The notes: a model not told the origin generated them from the sequence alone. 64,000 bases of DNA from Candidatus Limosilactobacillus intestinigallinarum (GCA_019117285.1 DXAA01000013.1:2373-66372); one strand, 5' to 3'; positions 21,269-31,917 are shown, counted from the stretch's first letter. Numbers and translations are program-made.

Positions 21269-22588
21269 CTATGCCTGATTAAATTGTTTGATCCGCTGGT
21301 GGACCAGCAGGGCGGCGATGATGCAGACCAGGAACTCGGTGACCGGCACCGCCGCCCAGACCCCGTTGATCCCGACCAGGGCGGCGAGAATCAGGATGGC
21401 CGGCAGGAGGATGACGTACCCCCGCAGAATAGAGAGGGTGAACGACGCCCGGGCCGCGTTGATTGCCGTCAGGAAGAGGATGAAGAGCAGGTTGAGGGCG
21501 CTGAAGAAGACACTGGTGAAGTAGATCGGCAGCCCCACCCGGGCGTAGCTGACCAGCTGGGCGGAATGGGCGGTGTTGAAGAGCTCGATGATCGGCAGTT
21601 TGAAGGTCACCAGGATGACGAAGGAGATCGTCGCCAGCAGGAGGGTGATGATCGCCCCCATCCTAAGCGCCGTTGTCACGTTGACGAAGTGATGCTGGCC
21701 GTACTCCCGGCTGGCGATCGGCTGGACACCGAGGGCCACCCCGTTGGCGATCGCCAGAACGACGATGGCAATGTTGGAGATCACCCCGTAGGCCGCCACC
21801 GCGTAGTTGTCGGCTAGCTGCAGGAGAACGTGGTTGAAGAAGTAGATGCTGACCCCGGTACTGAGCTCGTTTAAAGCCGCGGCCACGCCGAGCTTGGCCG
21901 AACGACCGAGGTTGGCCAGCTGCGGCCGGGCCCAGTGGAGCTGGAGCTGGCGGCCGGCGAAGTGGCGGTGGCGGGAGAGGACGAGCAGGCTGATCAGCGG
22001 CGAGAAGAGCACCGCCAGGGCGGCCCCCTCCATCTTGAGCCCGCAGCCGAAGATGAAGAACCAGTCGATCACGATGACGGAGAGGGTCTCCGTCAGGGTG
22101 GCCTTCATGGTCAGGGTCGGGTTGCCATCGTTTCTGATGAAGTTGATGGAGATGTAGTTGCACATGTAGAGGGGCCCGGACCAGGCGCAGATCCGCAGGT
22201 AGATGATCGCCATCTGCCGGGTCTGGTCATCGGCCCCCAAGAAGTTGACGACTGGGGTCGCAAAGACGTTGAGCAGGATCGCCAAGACAATCCCCAGGGT
22301 CGCCGCAAAGATGATCAGTTGACTGTAAAGGTCCCGGATCCGTTCGGGATGCAAGACCTTGTTGAGTGAGAAGATCGTCGCCCCACCGACCCCCAGCAGG
22401 AGGCCGATCCCGTTGAAGACGTTGAAAAGGGGGAGGACCAGGTTGAGGGTGGTCAGGCCCAGCGCCCCGGCGGCAATCGAGATGAAGAGGGTGTCGATCA
22501 GGACGTAGAGCGACATCCCCAGGGTGGCAACGACGTTCCGGACCACGTAATGCCGGACCTCGCCCCTAATTGCTTGTGTTGAATTCAT
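21269..22588 (-). CDS. MATE family efflux transporter (MepA-like)
   Basis: About 12 TM; LIDTLFI, FIRNDGNP, DWFFIF, GVQPIAS. ATG at 22588 follows a GGAGG SD; the ORF-track extension runs through the leader RNA. Confidence 0.9.
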   Translation of the reverse strand: MNSTQAIRGEVRHYVVRNVVATLGMSLYVLIDTLFISIAAGALGLTTLNLVLPLFNVFNGIGLLLGVGGATIFSLNKVLHPERIRDLYSQLIIFAATLGIVLAILLNVFATPVVNFLGADDQTRQMAIIYLRICAWSGPLYMCNYISINFIRNDGNPTLTMKATLTETLSVIVIDWFFIFGCGLKMEGAALAVLFSPLISLLVLSRHRHFAGRQLQLHWARPQLANLGRSAKLGVAAALNELSTGVSIYFFNHVLLQLADNYAVAAYGVISNIAIVVLAIANGVALGVQPIASREYGQHHFVNVTTALRMGAIITLLLATISFVILVTFKLPIIELFNTAHSAQLVSYARVGLPIYFTSVFFSALNLLFILFLTAINAARASFTLSILRGYVILLPAILILAALVGINGVWAAVPVTEFLVCIIAALLVHQRIKQFNQA

Positions 22589-22599
22589 GATATTCCTCC

Positions 22600-22675
22600 A
22601 ATTGGTCCCCATCCCCCGCGAACGGACGCCTGTTTGGGGACCGCAACTTTGTGGCAAAACCCGGCGATTCTGCAA
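22600..22675 (-). ncRNA. Guanidine-IV (mepA/GGAM-1)-like riboswitch candidate
   Basis: Minus strand: P1 GCAGAAU/GUUUUGC with loop CGCCGG; P2 GGUCCCCA/UGGGGACC whose loop holds AGGCG complementary to L1. Lies directly upstream of a MATE gene. Confidence 0.65.
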
Positions 22676-22729
22676 TCCTTATTTCATTTCTATCCTATCA
22701 AATTCCGGCTAACTTTTCATAGCGGTGGC

Positions 22730-23140
22730 TCAGATGATGATCCCCTGACAGTGGTCGAGTTCGTGTTGGACAATCTCGGCGGCAAAATCAGTCAGGGCTA
22801 GCTGCTGGCGCTGCCAGTGTTCGTTGAAGAATTCAACCGTGATTCGCTGGTAGCGGGTTGTGGGCCGCTGGCCGGCCAGGGAGAGGCAGCCCTCCTTGGT
22901 CTGGTAGGGCTGAGCCTTGCGAATGAGTTGCGGATTAAACATCACGACCGGCAGGGGACCGAGCTGGGCGATGATGACCCGCTTGTGGACGCCAATCATG
23001 TTGGCCGCCATGCCGACACAAGCGTCTTGGTGGGCGGCCAGGGTGTCTTTGAGGTCACGTGCCAGGGACAGGTCGGCCCGGCTGACGGGCTTGGACGGCT
23101 GCTGGAGCTGGTGGATATCGGTGACGATTGGTTTGATCAT
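22730..23140 (-). CDS. def: Short peptide deformylase
   Basis: GMAANMIG, EGCLS and QHELDH metal-binding motifs. Confidence 0.88.
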   Translation of the reverse strand: MIKPIVTDIHQLQQPSKPVSRADLSLARDLKDTLAAHQDACVGMAANMIGVHKRVIIAQLGPLPVVMFNPQLIRKAQPYQTKEGCLSLAGQRPTTRYQRITVEFFNEHWQRQQLALTDFAAEIVQHELDHCQGIII

Positions 23141-23195
23141 GGTGGTTCCTCCTTAAAGGAAAGGACTGAAGATTTCCCTCCAGTCCTTTGCGACA

Positions 23196-24146
23196 TTATT
23201 TCTTTTTATGATGCTGTTGCTTGCCGGCGTTGCGCTGGCGGTTGCGTTGGGCCATCTGCTTGGCCGGGTTGGGCTTCTTGAGTTGGTCGATCGCGTCGGC
23301 CGTGCTGGTATCATTGCTGGACTTGGTCGTCGTCGGGGCCGCTGGCATCTTGACCGGGTGCTTTTTGGCCTCTTCGGCAATCTGCTTGCGGATCCGAGGC
23401 CGGTAGGCGTTGACCATCAGAGTTTGCAGGATGGCAAAGAGCCCACCGATAAAGAAGTAGAGCCCTAACCCAGCCGAAGAGGTCAGGGAGATAAAGAAGG
23501 TCATGAATGGACTCATCCAGATGGCCATCTTCATCTGCTTCTTCTGTTCTTCGGGAACCCCGACCAGGCCCAGATAACTCTGGACGGCGTAGGCAATGAA
23601 GGACAGAACGGCGAAGATGAAGCTCGGTTTCCCCAAGGCCACCCCAAAGAAGGTAGCGTGATAGAGGTCTGGGGAGTAGCGGATGGCGGCGTAGAGGGCG
23701 GCAAAGACTGGCAGCTGGATCAGCAGCGGCAGGCAGCCGATCCCCCCGGTCAGGCTGATGTTGTTGTCCCGGTAGAGGGCCATCATCTGCTGGCTGACCG
23801 CGGCCTGCTCCTCAGGGGTCTTGGCGGCCTTCTGCTTGGCGGATAGCTCCTTGATCAGGGGTTGGACGCGGGCCATCTTCTCCTGGGTGATGGTGGACTT
23901 CTTCATTTGTGAGAACATCACCGGCAGCAAAATTGTCCGGACGATCACCACGATCACGATGATTGCCCAGCCGTAGTTGTTGCCGAGGTGGCCGGCCAGC
24001 CACTCCATCAGGTGCTGCATCGGCTTAGCCATGTAGTCGTAAACGAAGCCGTAAGGGCGGCCGCTCTTAGTCGTACGGACACAGCCGCTGAGCAACAGGA
24101 GCATTGTGGTCATCAGACCGACCACGGTAAGGCGTTTATGTTTCAT
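23196..24146 (-). CDS. yidC: Membrane protein insertase YidC/SpoIIIJ
   Basis: Lipobox LSGC, YGWAII, GCLPLLIQLPV, basic C-terminal tail. Confidence 0.95.
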   Translation of the reverse strand: MKHKRLTVVGLMTTMLLLLSGCVRTTKSGRPYGFVYDYMAKPMQHLMEWLAGHLGNNYGWAIIVIVVIVRTILLPVMFSQMKKSTITQEKMARVQPLIKELSAKQKAAKTPEEQAAVSQQMMALYRDNNISLTGGIGCLPLLIQLPVFAALYAAIRYSPDLYHATFFGVALGKPSFIFAVLSFIAYAVQSYLGLVGVPEEQKKQMKMAIWMSPFMTFFISLTSSAGLGLYFFIGGLFAILQTLMVNAYRPRIRKQIAEEAKKHPVKMPAAPTTTKSSNDTSTADAIDQLKKPNPAKQMAQRNRQRNAGKQQHHKKK

Positions 24147-24258
24147 ACGGTATTAAATTCTCCTTGTGTTAAATTTTAATTGACTTCAATAATGAATATG
24201 GATAAACAGTACATATCTTACTCTAAACCGGGCCGAAAAGCCACCACCTGCCCCTAAA

Positions 24259-24534
24259 TTAGGCCCGGACGGTAAACTGGTCACCGTAGTCGGTGCGCGT
24301 GCCAGTCGTCTGCTTGACCCGGTCGACGATGGCGTAGGGGGTGGGGCCGGCCGCCAGTTGCCGGATGAAGTCCGCCACCGTTTCGTCGGGACCCTGGGCC
24401 TCGACGTAGACGGACCCGTCGGCCTGGTTGCGTACGAAGCCGGTGATGCCGAGCAGCTGGGCAATCCGGAGGGTTCCCCAGCGGAAGCCGACTCCCTGGA
24501 CCCGATCGGTGATGGTTAAGTGAACATTGACCAT
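24259..24534 (-). CDS. acyP: Acylphosphatase
   Basis: RVQGVGFR, GFVRNQADGSV. Confidence 0.92.
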   Translation of the reverse strand: MVNVHLTITDRVQGVGFRWGTLRIAQLLGITGFVRNQADGSVYVEAQGPDETVADFIRQLAAGPTPYAIVDRVKQTTGTRTDYGDQFTVRA

Positions 24535-24642
24535 TATGGTCACCCCCCCTTAATGGAAACTTATAAAAGTCGATCCTTAGTTAAGGATATTGTACACCTA
24601 TAACATGGTATAATTATCATAAGAGAAAGGGTAGTTTAACTT

Positions 24643-25410
24643 ATGGAAGAATTAACATCAATTCACAATCAACACGTTAAAGATTGGAAGAAGCTGGCCA
24701 CCAAGAAGTTTCGCAAGCAGACCGGCTACTATCTGTTGGACGGTTGGCACCTGGTCAACGAGGCCGTCCAGGCCGGGGTGGCAATTCATCAGCTGATCGG
24801 GACCGCCGACCAACTGGCAGAACACCGCGACCTGTTTGACCATGCGGATGAGGTTTACACGGTGACCATGGAGATCATGAAACACATCACTGACACCGTC
24901 ACGCCGCAGGGGATCGCGGCCGTCGTTGACCTGCCGGATGCCCACCGGGTACCTACGCAGCCGTTGACCGGGGCCTGGTTATTCCTCGACCGGGTCCAGG
25001 ACCCTGGCAACGTAGGGACCATGGTCCGGACGGCGGATGCCGCGGGCTTCACCGGCGTCGTCGTTGGGCATCGTTCTGCCGACCTGTTCGGCCCCAAGGT
25101 TGTTCGCTCCATGCAGGGAAGCCAGTTTCACCTCCAGCTCTTTGAGGGTGATCTTGCCAAATGGATTGCCGACTTCAAGGAAAACGGGGCGCCGGTATAC
25201 GGTACCCAGTTGAACCCCCAGGCCAAGAACTTCCGGGATGTTCATCCCGGTAAGACTTTTGCCCTGATCATGGGTAACGAGGGCCAGGGGATGAGCAAGG
25301 AATTGCTTAACGCCACCAGTGATAACCTTTACATCCCGATGCGTGGGGAGGCCGAATCACTGAACGTGGCCATCTCAGCGGGCATCCTCATGTTCCAGCT
25401 GAACCAGTAA
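24643..25410 (+). CDS. TrmH/SpoU family RNA methyltransferase
   Basis: QDPGNVGTMVRTADA, GNEGQG, ESLNVA. Confidence 0.93.
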   Translation: MEELTSIHNQHVKDWKKLATKKFRKQTGYYLLDGWHLVNEAVQAGVAIHQLIGTADQLAEHRDLFDHADEVYTVTMEIMKHITDTVTPQGIAAVVDLPDAHRVPTQPLTGAWLFLDRVQDPGNVGTMVRTADAAGFTGVVVGHRSADLFGPKVVRSMQGSQFHLQLFEGDLAKWIADFKENGAPVYGTQLNPQAKNFRDVHPGKTFALIMGNEGQGMSKELLNATSDNLYIPMRGEAESLNVAISAGILMFQLNQ

Positions 25411-25497
25411 GCTCGCTTACTTTTGATAAGACAAAAAGATTTATTTTTGGTTGGTCATCATGTATGATGGTGGTAACCAATAGAAAAGGGGTATTAC

Positions 25498-26004
25498 ATG
25501 AAATCAAAGAATGAGTGGCGCAACGATCAAGAATACGTCTCAATTGTTTCTGACCTGCTGGCCCAGCCTGCCGTTAAGAAGCTGGCTAATTATACCCAGC
25601 ACCACCATTCGAATCGTTTGCAGCATTCCATTGCGGTTTCTTACGACAGCTACCGGATTGCTAAACGACTCCACCTTGATTACCGGAGTGTTGCCCGGGC
25701 CGGCTTGCTCCACGACATGTTCTACTATGACTGGCGGACGACCAAGTTTGACCTGGGGACCCACGCCTTCATCCATCCGCGGGTAGCCCTGCGGAACGCG
25801 GAGAAGATTACCCCGTTGAACAAGATGGAGAAGGATATCATCTTAAAGCACATGTTTGGGGCGACGCTCACTGTGCCTCGGTACCCAGAAAGCCTGATTG
25901 TTTCATTGGTTGATGATTTTGAAGCAGAGCACGAATTCTTTAGTCCGATGCGGGCCAAGCTTCGTCGCCGGATTAAGAAGCGGCGAATGCGGACTATTTG
26001 GTAG
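25498..26004 (+). CDS. HD-domain protein
   Basis: QHH...RLQHS, AGLLHD, HP, KHMF. Confidence 0.85.
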   Translation: MKSKNEWRNDQEYVSIVSDLLAQPAVKKLANYTQHHHSNRLQHSIAVSYDSYRIAKRLHLDYRSVARAGLLHDMFYYDWRTTKFDLGTHAFIHPRVALRNAEKITPLNKMEKDIILKHMFGATLTVPRYPESLIVSLVDDFEAEHEFFSPMRAKLRRRIKKRRMRTIW

Positions 26005-26018
26005 GAAGGAGACATCAT

Positions 26019-26357
26019 ATGCAACACGAAGCTAGCACACCGGTTGCGGATGGTGGTTGTCAATTGTGTCCCAAGTTCACGCAAACCTTCATGATGTTAG
26101 GTAAGAAGTGGAACGGCTTAATTATTGAAGTCTTATTGGAAAGCGACACCTTACGATTCAAGGACATTGCCAACAGCGTTAGCAAGTGCAGTGACCGGGT
26201 CCTTTGTGAACGGTTGAAGGAACTGGAGGATGACCAGATTATTGTGCGGAACACCTATCCGGGATCCAGTCGCGTTGACTATTCATTGACGACGCGGGGA
26301 CGCGAATTAGCACCAGTGATGAAGGCAGTTCATGCATGGAGCGACAAGTGGTGCTAA
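26019..26357 (+). CDS. HxlR/DUF24 winged-helix regulator (YodB-like)
   Basis: CP, LGKKWNGLI, LRFKDI, ERLKELE, RVDYSLT; AGGAG SD before the ATG at 26019. Confidence 0.88.
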   Translation: MQHEASTPVADGGCQLCPKFTQTFMMLGKKWNGLIIEVLLESDTLRFKDIANSVSKCSDRVLCERLKELEDDQIIVRNTYPGSSRVDYSLTTRGRELAPVMKAVHAWSDKWC

Positions 26358-26364
26358 TTGGGGC

Positions 26365-26393
26365 TTGACCAATTCCCGTCGAGTCATTAGAAT
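26365..26393 (+). promoter_or_regulatory. Sigma-A promoter of pheST
   Basis: TTGACC-17 bp-TAGAAT just before the T-box leader. Confidence 0.7.
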
Positions 26394-26404
26394 GTTTAGT
26401 ATAA

Positions 26405-26628
26405 TTAAAAGCGATGACGGAAACTAGTAACCGGTAAGGGCTGTTAGAGAGCCACCAGAATTCTGCAAGCGGTGGTCAGCCCAACCCAGTGAATTTCATT
26501 TCCCGAGCCGATATGTAATGGTATTCCGGTCGATCACCGTTATTGATCAACTTAAGTGTATGGGCATGTGCCCATAAACTAGGGTGGTACCGCGAAGCTT
26601 CGTCCCTATTGGGATGGGGCTTTTTTTA
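26405..26628 (+). ncRNA. T-box riboswitch (Phe specifier)
   Basis: Stem I with AGTA and AGAGA motifs, specifier GAAT-TTC-A (UUC at 26495-26497), T-box AGGGTGGTACCGCG (26581-26594), terminator ending in T7. Confidence 0.93.
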
Positions 26629-26650
26629 TTTGAACAAAGGAGTTGAAAGC

Positions 26651-27697
26651 ATGGGATTAAGAGAAAAACTTGCTGACCTGCGCCAGCAAGGATTGCAAGA
26701 AATTGAAGACTCACAAGACCTCAAGAAGATCAACGAGATCCGGGTCAAGATGCTAGGCAAGAAGGGCCCAATCACCAATGTTTTACGGGGGATGCGGGAC
26801 ATCAGTGCCGAGGAACGGCCTAAGGTTGGTCAATTTGCCAACCAGGTGCGTGACGACCTGACAACGGCCATCGCCGAGAAACGGGCCGCCCTGGAACAGG
26901 CCGCCCTGAATGCCGAGTTGGCTGCCGAGACGGTCGACGTTACCCTGCCGGGCAGTCCGGTCGCCCAGGGCCAACCCCACGTCATCCAGCAGATCATCGA
27001 CCAGGTGGTGGACCTCTTCGTCTCCATGGGTTACGAGGTTGCGGTTGGTGATGAGGTTGAGCAGGAAGTCTACAACTTCGAAAAGCTGAACCTGCCCAAG
27101 GACCACCCCGCTCGTGACATGCAGGATACCTTCTACGTCACCCCATCCGTTTTGATGCGGACCCAGACCTCCCCGATGCAGGCCCGGATGCTGGAGAAGC
27201 ACGACTTCAGCCAGGGCCCGTTGAAGATGATCTCTCCTGGGAAGGTCTACCGGCGGGACACCGATGACGCCACCCACAGTCACCAGTTTAACCAGATCGA
27301 AGGGATGGTAGTCGGCAAGCACATCACGATGGCTGACCTGAAGGGGACCCTGGAGGTCGTTGCCCAGTCCCTCTTCGGCGACAAGCTGAACGTCCGCCTG
27401 CGGCCAAGCTACTTCCCATTCACGGAGCCATCCGTTGAGGCCGACATCACCTGCTTCAACTGCATGGGCAAGGGCTGTGCCATCTGTAAGCACACCGGTT
27501 GGATTGAGGTCCTCGGTGCCGGGATGGTTCACCCGAACGTTCTGAAGATGTCTGGGGTGGATCCTGAAGAATACGGTGGCTTTGCCTTTGGCCTGGGTCC
27601 GGACCGCTTCGCCATGCTCAAGTATGGGGTTGACGATATCCGTAACTTCTACCAAAACGATGTCCGCTTCTTAAATCAATTCGACGAGAAAGGATAA
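26651..27697 (+). CDS. pheS: Phenylalanine--tRNA ligase alpha subunit
   Basis: [35 protein letters not shown]; start after an AAGGAG SD. Confidence 0.99.
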   Translation: MGLREKLADLRQQGLQEIEDSQDLKKINEIRVKMLGKKGPITNVLRGMRDISAEERPKVGQFANQVRDDLTTAIAEKRAALEQAALNAELAAETVDVTLPGSPVAQGQPHVIQQIIDQVVDLFVSMGYEVAVGDEVEQEVYNFEKLNLPKDHPARDMQDTFYVTPSVLMRTQTSPMQARMLEKHDFSQGPLKMISPGKVYRRDTDDATHSHQFNQIEGMVVGKHITMADLKGTLEVVAQSLFGDKLNVRLRPSYFPFTEPSVEADITCFNCMGKGCAICKHTGWIEVLGAGMVHPNVLKMSGVDPEEYGGFAFGLGPDRFAMLKYGVDDIRNFYQNDVRFLNQFDEKG

Positions 27698-27703
27698 TGT
27701 AAG

Positions 27704-30121
27704 ATGAAAGTATCATACCAATGGTTAAAGGAATACCTCGACCTGGACGTGGCGCCACGCGAGCTTGCGGAAAAGATTGCCCGGACGTCGGTTGATATCA
27801 ACGACGTCTACCAGCCAGCCGACGGGTTGAAGAAGATCGTGGTCGGCAAGGTCGTGGCGATGGAAGACCACCCGAACTCCGACCACCTGCACATCTGCCA
27901 GGTTGACGTCGGTGCGGAAAAGCCGATCCAGGTGGTCTGCGGAGCACCAAATGTGCAAGCCGGCAAGAAGGTCATCGTAGCCCTGAACGGCGCCCGGATT
28001 GCCGATAACGTCAAGATCAAGCGCGGCAAGATCCGCGGGGTCGAATCCAACGGGATGCTCTGTGCCCTCCAGGAGATCGGCTTCAGTGACAAGATTGCCC
28101 CGAAGGACTACGCGGCCGGCCTCTACTTCCTGCCGGACGATGCTAAAGAGGGTGAACCGGTCTTTGGCTACCTGGGGATGGACGACACGATCATCGACAC
28201 GGACGTCACCCCGAACCGTGGGGACATGTTGAGTATGTACGGTAACGTCAACGACATCGCCGCCTTCTACGACCTCCAACCCCACTTCAAGGAGGCGCCG
28301 GTCGAAGAGAACGGTACCGAAAACACCAGTGATTTGGTCAGTGCCAAGATTGATGACGACAAGATCGCCCCAACCTACAAGCTGCGGGTGATCAAGGGCG
28401 TTAAGATTGCCGACAGCCCGCTCTGGATGCAGATTCGTCTCTGGAATTCCGGAATCCGGCCGGTCAACAACGTGGTCGACGTCACCAACTACATTCTCCT
28501 GAAGTACGGCCAACCGCTACACAGCTATGACTACGATCGCCTGCCCGGTCATGACTTCGGGGTTCGCCACGCCAACGAGGGTGAGCAGTTCACGACCCTG
28601 GACGGGGACGAACAGACCCTGAAGGCCAACGACATCCTGGTCACGGTTGACGATCAACCGGTCGCCCTGGCCGGGACGATGGGCGGTGAGGGCACCGCGG
28701 TCAGCGACCAGACGACCACGGTGGCCCTCGAAGCCGCCATCTTTGACCCCGTCATGGTGCGGAAGCAGGCCCGGCGCTTAGACCTGCACAGCGAGTCCTC
28801 GATGCGCTTCGAGCGGGGCATCAACCCGGCCACCGTTGAGACGGCCCTGAACGAGGCCGCCGAACTGATCAAGGAGCTGGCGGGCGGCCAGGTCACGAAG
28901 GGAATCGTCACCGGCAGCGAGCAGCCAGCCGTTGATAAGCAGATTACCTTATCGTTGGCTAAGGTCAACCACGTGCTGGGAACCGACCTGAAGATGGCCG
29001 ACGTGGAAGACGTCTTCGCTCGACTGCACTTTGCTGCCGACGTCAAGGACGACGACCAGATTGAGGTCACGGTGCCGGCCCGGCGTTGGGACATCTTCGT
29101 GGCCGCTGATCTCTACGAGGAGATTGCCCGGATCTACGGTTATGATAACCTGCCAGCCACCCTGCCGGTGATGACCCGAAACCGTGGTGGCCTGACCCCT
29201 CGGCAACGCTTCATCCGCGCCAGCCGCCACGACCTCGAGGGGATGGGGCTGACCCAGGCGATCAGCTACTCCCTGACCACGGTCGAGAAGGCCAAGCAGT
29301 TCCAGATCGATCCGGTTGCCGAACCGATGAAGCTGGACTTCCCAATGAGCTCTGACCACGTGGCCACCCGGATGAGCGTTATCAGCGGCCTCTTGATCGA
29401 TATCGCCTACAACGTGGCTCACAATGTCAGCAACGTGGCCCTCTATGAAGAGGGGCGGGTCTTCTTGCCAAAGGGCGGCGAGCGTCCTGAGGAACAGGAA
29501 CACCTCGCCGGCGCCATCACCGGTCAGCTGCTGGCCAACGACTGGCACACTGAGGATCGGCCAGTGGACTTCTTCCAGGTCAAGGGAATCGTTGAACGCT
29601 ACCTCCACAACATGGGCCTAGCGGGCAAAGTGACCTACGTGGCCGATCAGTCCCGGCGTGAGATGCACCCTGGCCGGACTGCTAACATTCTGCTCGACGG
29701 CCAGCTGGTCGGCTTCCTCGGCCAGGTTCACCCAAGCACGGCCAAGGCCTACAAGATTCCGGTAACCTACGTCTTCGAGCTGAACCTGGAGGCCCTGATC
29801 GCAGCACCAAAGGTTGCCAACGAGTACCACCCAATCAGCAAGTACCCATCGATCACCCGGGACATTGCCCTCCTGATTGATAACGACATCACCAACGAGA
29901 TGGTCATGGACGTCATCACCAAGCGCGGTGGTGCCTTCCTGAAGGACGTCCACCTCTTCGACGTTTACAGTGGCCTGCACCTGCCGAAGGGCAAGAAGTC
30001 GCTGGCCTACACCCTGACCTACCAGGATGACCACGACACGCTGACCGAGGACCAGGTCAACGCTGCCTTCGATAAGGTCACCAAGGCCCTGACGGACACC
30101 CTGGGTGCTGAAATTCGTTAA
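27704..30121 (+). CDS. pheT: Phenylalanine--tRNA ligase beta subunit
   Basis: VVCGAPN, TPNRGD, RFERG, EEIARIYGYDN, C-terminal FDX-ACB domain. Confidence 0.99.
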   Translation: MKVSYQWLKEYLDLDVAPRELAEKIARTSVDINDVYQPADGLKKIVVGKVVAMEDHPNSDHLHICQVDVGAEKPIQVVCGAPNVQAGKKVIVALNGARIADNVKIKRGKIRGVESNGMLCALQEIGFSDKIAPKDYAAGLYFLPDDAKEGEPVFGYLGMDDTIIDTDVTPNRGDMLSMYGNVNDIAAFYDLQPHFKEAPVEENGTENTSDLVSAKIDDDKIAPTYKLRVIKGVKIADSPLWMQIRLWNSGIRPVNNVVDVTNYILLKYGQPLHSYDYDRLPGHDFGVRHANEGEQFTTLDGDEQTLKANDILVTVDDQPVALAGTMGGEGTAVSDQTTTVALEAAIFDPVMVRKQARRLDLHSESSMRFERGINPATVETALNEAAELIKELAGGQVTKGIVTGSEQPAVDKQITLSLAKVNHVLGTDLKMADVEDVFARLHFAADVKDDDQIEVTVPARRWDIFVAADLYEEIARIYGYDNLPATLPVMTRNRGGLTPRQRFIRASRHDLEGMGLTQAISYSLTTVEKAKQFQIDPVAEPMKLDFPMSSDHVATRMSVISGLLIDIAYNVAHNVSNVALYEEGRVFLPKGGERPEEQEHLAGAITGQLLANDWHTEDRPVDFFQVKGIVERYLHNMGLAGKVTYVADQSRREMHPGRTANILLDGQLVGFLGQVHPSTAKAYKIPVTYVFELNLEALIAAPKVANEYHPISKYPSITRDIALLIDNDITNEMVMDVITKRGGAFLKDVHLFDVYSGLHLPKGKKSLAYTLTYQDDHDTLTEDQVNAAFDKVTKALTDTLGAEIR

Positions 30122-30190
30122 GGTTAAGAATAATGTGAGACCCCATCACTTAGCGGGTCCCACATTATTTGTGTTTAAGAAGGGCGAAAA

Positions 30191-30541
30191 TTGAACGACG
30201 AGCGATTGAAACGACAAAACCGCCTGGTCCTTTGCCTGGTGGCCATCCTGGTGCTCGCCGGTCTGATCATCCACCAGTACTTCAACTACTCGTTACGAGC
30301 GGTGGATGAGAACGATCACCAGCGGGTAACGGTGGTCATCCCCGCGGGGGCGACCGACCACCGGGTGGCTAAAATCCTGAAGGAGCATGGTCTGGTGCGT
30401 AGCCAGTTTGTCTTCGACTACTACCTGCAGACCCACAAGACCCACGGGGTGAAGGCCGGCAAGTTTCACCTGTCCCGGTCGGTCACTGTCCCCGAATTGG
30501 CGGGGATCCTTCAGCAGAATCGGGCCGCAAAGAAGCGATAG
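30191..30541 (+). CDS. Truncated MltG/YceG-like protein (TM plus membrane-proximal domain only)
   Basis: TM helix then VIPAGA...VAKILKEHGLVRS...F...KAGKFHLS; occupies the pheT-mltG-udk-greA slot but is only 116 aa. Confidence 0.75.
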   Translation: MNDERLKRQNRLVLCLVAILVLAGLIIHQYFNYSLRAVDENDHQRVTVVIPAGATDHRVAKILKEHGLVRSQFVFDYYLQTHKTHGVKAGKFHLSRSVTVPELAGILQQNRAAKKR

Positions 30542-30613
30542 GGGATTGCCGTGACCGGCAGAGTGCTATATACTATTTGAGATTAATTTTATTAGAGGAG
30601 CAGAAAACAGAGC

Positions 30614-31267
30614 ATGAGTACAGAAGAACAGCGGCGGCCAATTATCATCGGTGTTACCGGGGGATCCGGGAGTGGGAAGACCACGGTCAGCAAGGCGATC
30701 TACAACCAGTTGCACGGCCAGGCCATCCAGATCATCACCCAGGATACCTACTACAATGACCAGGCCGACATGACGATGGCCGAGCGGAAGGCGGTCAACT
30801 ATGACCACCCCCTGGCCTTTGACACCGACCTGCTGATCAAGCAGCTGGCCGACCTGCGTAACAACAAGGCGATCGAGATGCCGGTATACGATTACACCCA
30901 ATACACCCGGTCCGCCGAGACGGTTCACGTCGAACCCCAGGACGTCATCATCTTGGAGGGGATCCTGATTTTAGATGATGAGCGCCTGCGTGACCTGATG
31001 GATATCAAGGTCTACGTCGACACTGACGACGACATCCGGATCATTCGCCGAATCAAGCGGGACATGGCCGAACGGGGGCGGACCCTGGATTCCGTGATTA
31101 ACCAGTACCTGGCCACGGTTAAGCCAATGTATCACCAATTCGTGGAACCGACGAAGCGCTATGCTGACATCATCGTTCCCGAGGGCGGTGAGAACCACGT
31201 GGCCATTGACCTGCTGACGACTAAGGTCCGGGATATCCTGGTCAAGCGGGGGCACACCCTACAATAG
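30614..31267 (+). CDS. udk: Uridine kinase
   Basis: [34 protein letters not shown]. Confidence 0.97.
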   Translation: MSTEEQRRPIIIGVTGGSGSGKTTVSKAIYNQLHGQAIQIITQDTYYNDQADMTMAERKAVNYDHPLAFDTDLLIKQLADLRNNKAIEMPVYDYTQYTRSAETVHVEPQDVIILEGILILDDERLRDLMDIKVYVDTDDDIRIIRRIKRDMAERGRTLDSVINQYLATVKPMYHQFVEPTKRYADIIVPEGGENHVAIDLLTTKVRDILVKRGHTLQ

Positions 31268-31333
31268 AGTTTACAAATCCATGACGGAATGGTAATGTAG
31301 CCACTGGATAAAATATGAGGAGTGAATTTTTAG

Positions 31334-31810
31334 ATGGCTGAAGAAAAAGAATTTCCAATGACCCTTGAAGGGAAGCAGAAGTTAGAGGCAGAACTGGAAG
31401 ACTACAAGATGAAGCGTCGTCCAGAAGTTATCAAGCGGATTAAGATTGCGCGGAGCTACGGTGACCTTTCCGAAAACTCCGAATACGAGTCTGCCAAGGA
31501 CGAACAGGCCATGGTCGAGGGTAAGATCGCCCAGATCGAAAACATGCTGCAGTACGCGGTCATCATCGATAACGAAGACGTGGCCAAGGATGAGGTTTCC
31601 ATGGGCCGGGAAGTCACGATCAAGGAGCTCCCGGACGAAGAACCTGAGACCTACTCAATCGTCGGGGAATCCGAATCCGACCCGATCAATGGTAAGATCT
31701 CCAACGAGTCACCGATGGCCAAGGGCCTGCTCGGTCACAAGATTGGTGAAGAGGTCAACATCGACGTTCCAAACGGCACGATGAAGGTCAAGATCTTAGA
31801 CGTTAAATAA
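31334..31810 (+). CDS. greA: Transcription elongation factor GreA
   Basis: [22 protein letters not shown]. Confidence 0.98.
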   Translation: MAEEKEFPMTLEGKQKLEAELEDYKMKRRPEVIKRIKIARSYGDLSENSEYESAKDEQAMVEGKIAQIENMLQYAVIIDNEDVAKDEVSMGREVTIKELPDEEPETYSIVGESESDPINGKISNESPMAKGLLGHKIGEEVNIDVPNGTMKVKILDVK

Positions 31811-31870
31811 TTAAATACGGAGCTGGTGCATGCGGTCAAGGATCGTCGTAATGCACCAGTACGAAACACG

Positions 31871-31917
31871 AAGGACCGCTGGCGTTCGGTAAAACCGGAC
31901 ACCGGCGGCCCTTTTGT
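31871..31917 (+). terminator. Long imperfect terminator hairpin after greA
   Basis: About 20 bp stem AAGGACCGCTGGCGTTCGGT/ACCGGACACCGGCGGCCCTT followed by T-rich sequence. Confidence 0.6.

Noticed and set aside
22679-22687. ATG-AAA-TAA minigene upstream of the MATE leader
   Set aside because: It lies at the probable transcription start in AT-rich DNA and is likely chance; the riboswitch-like fold accounts for the leader.
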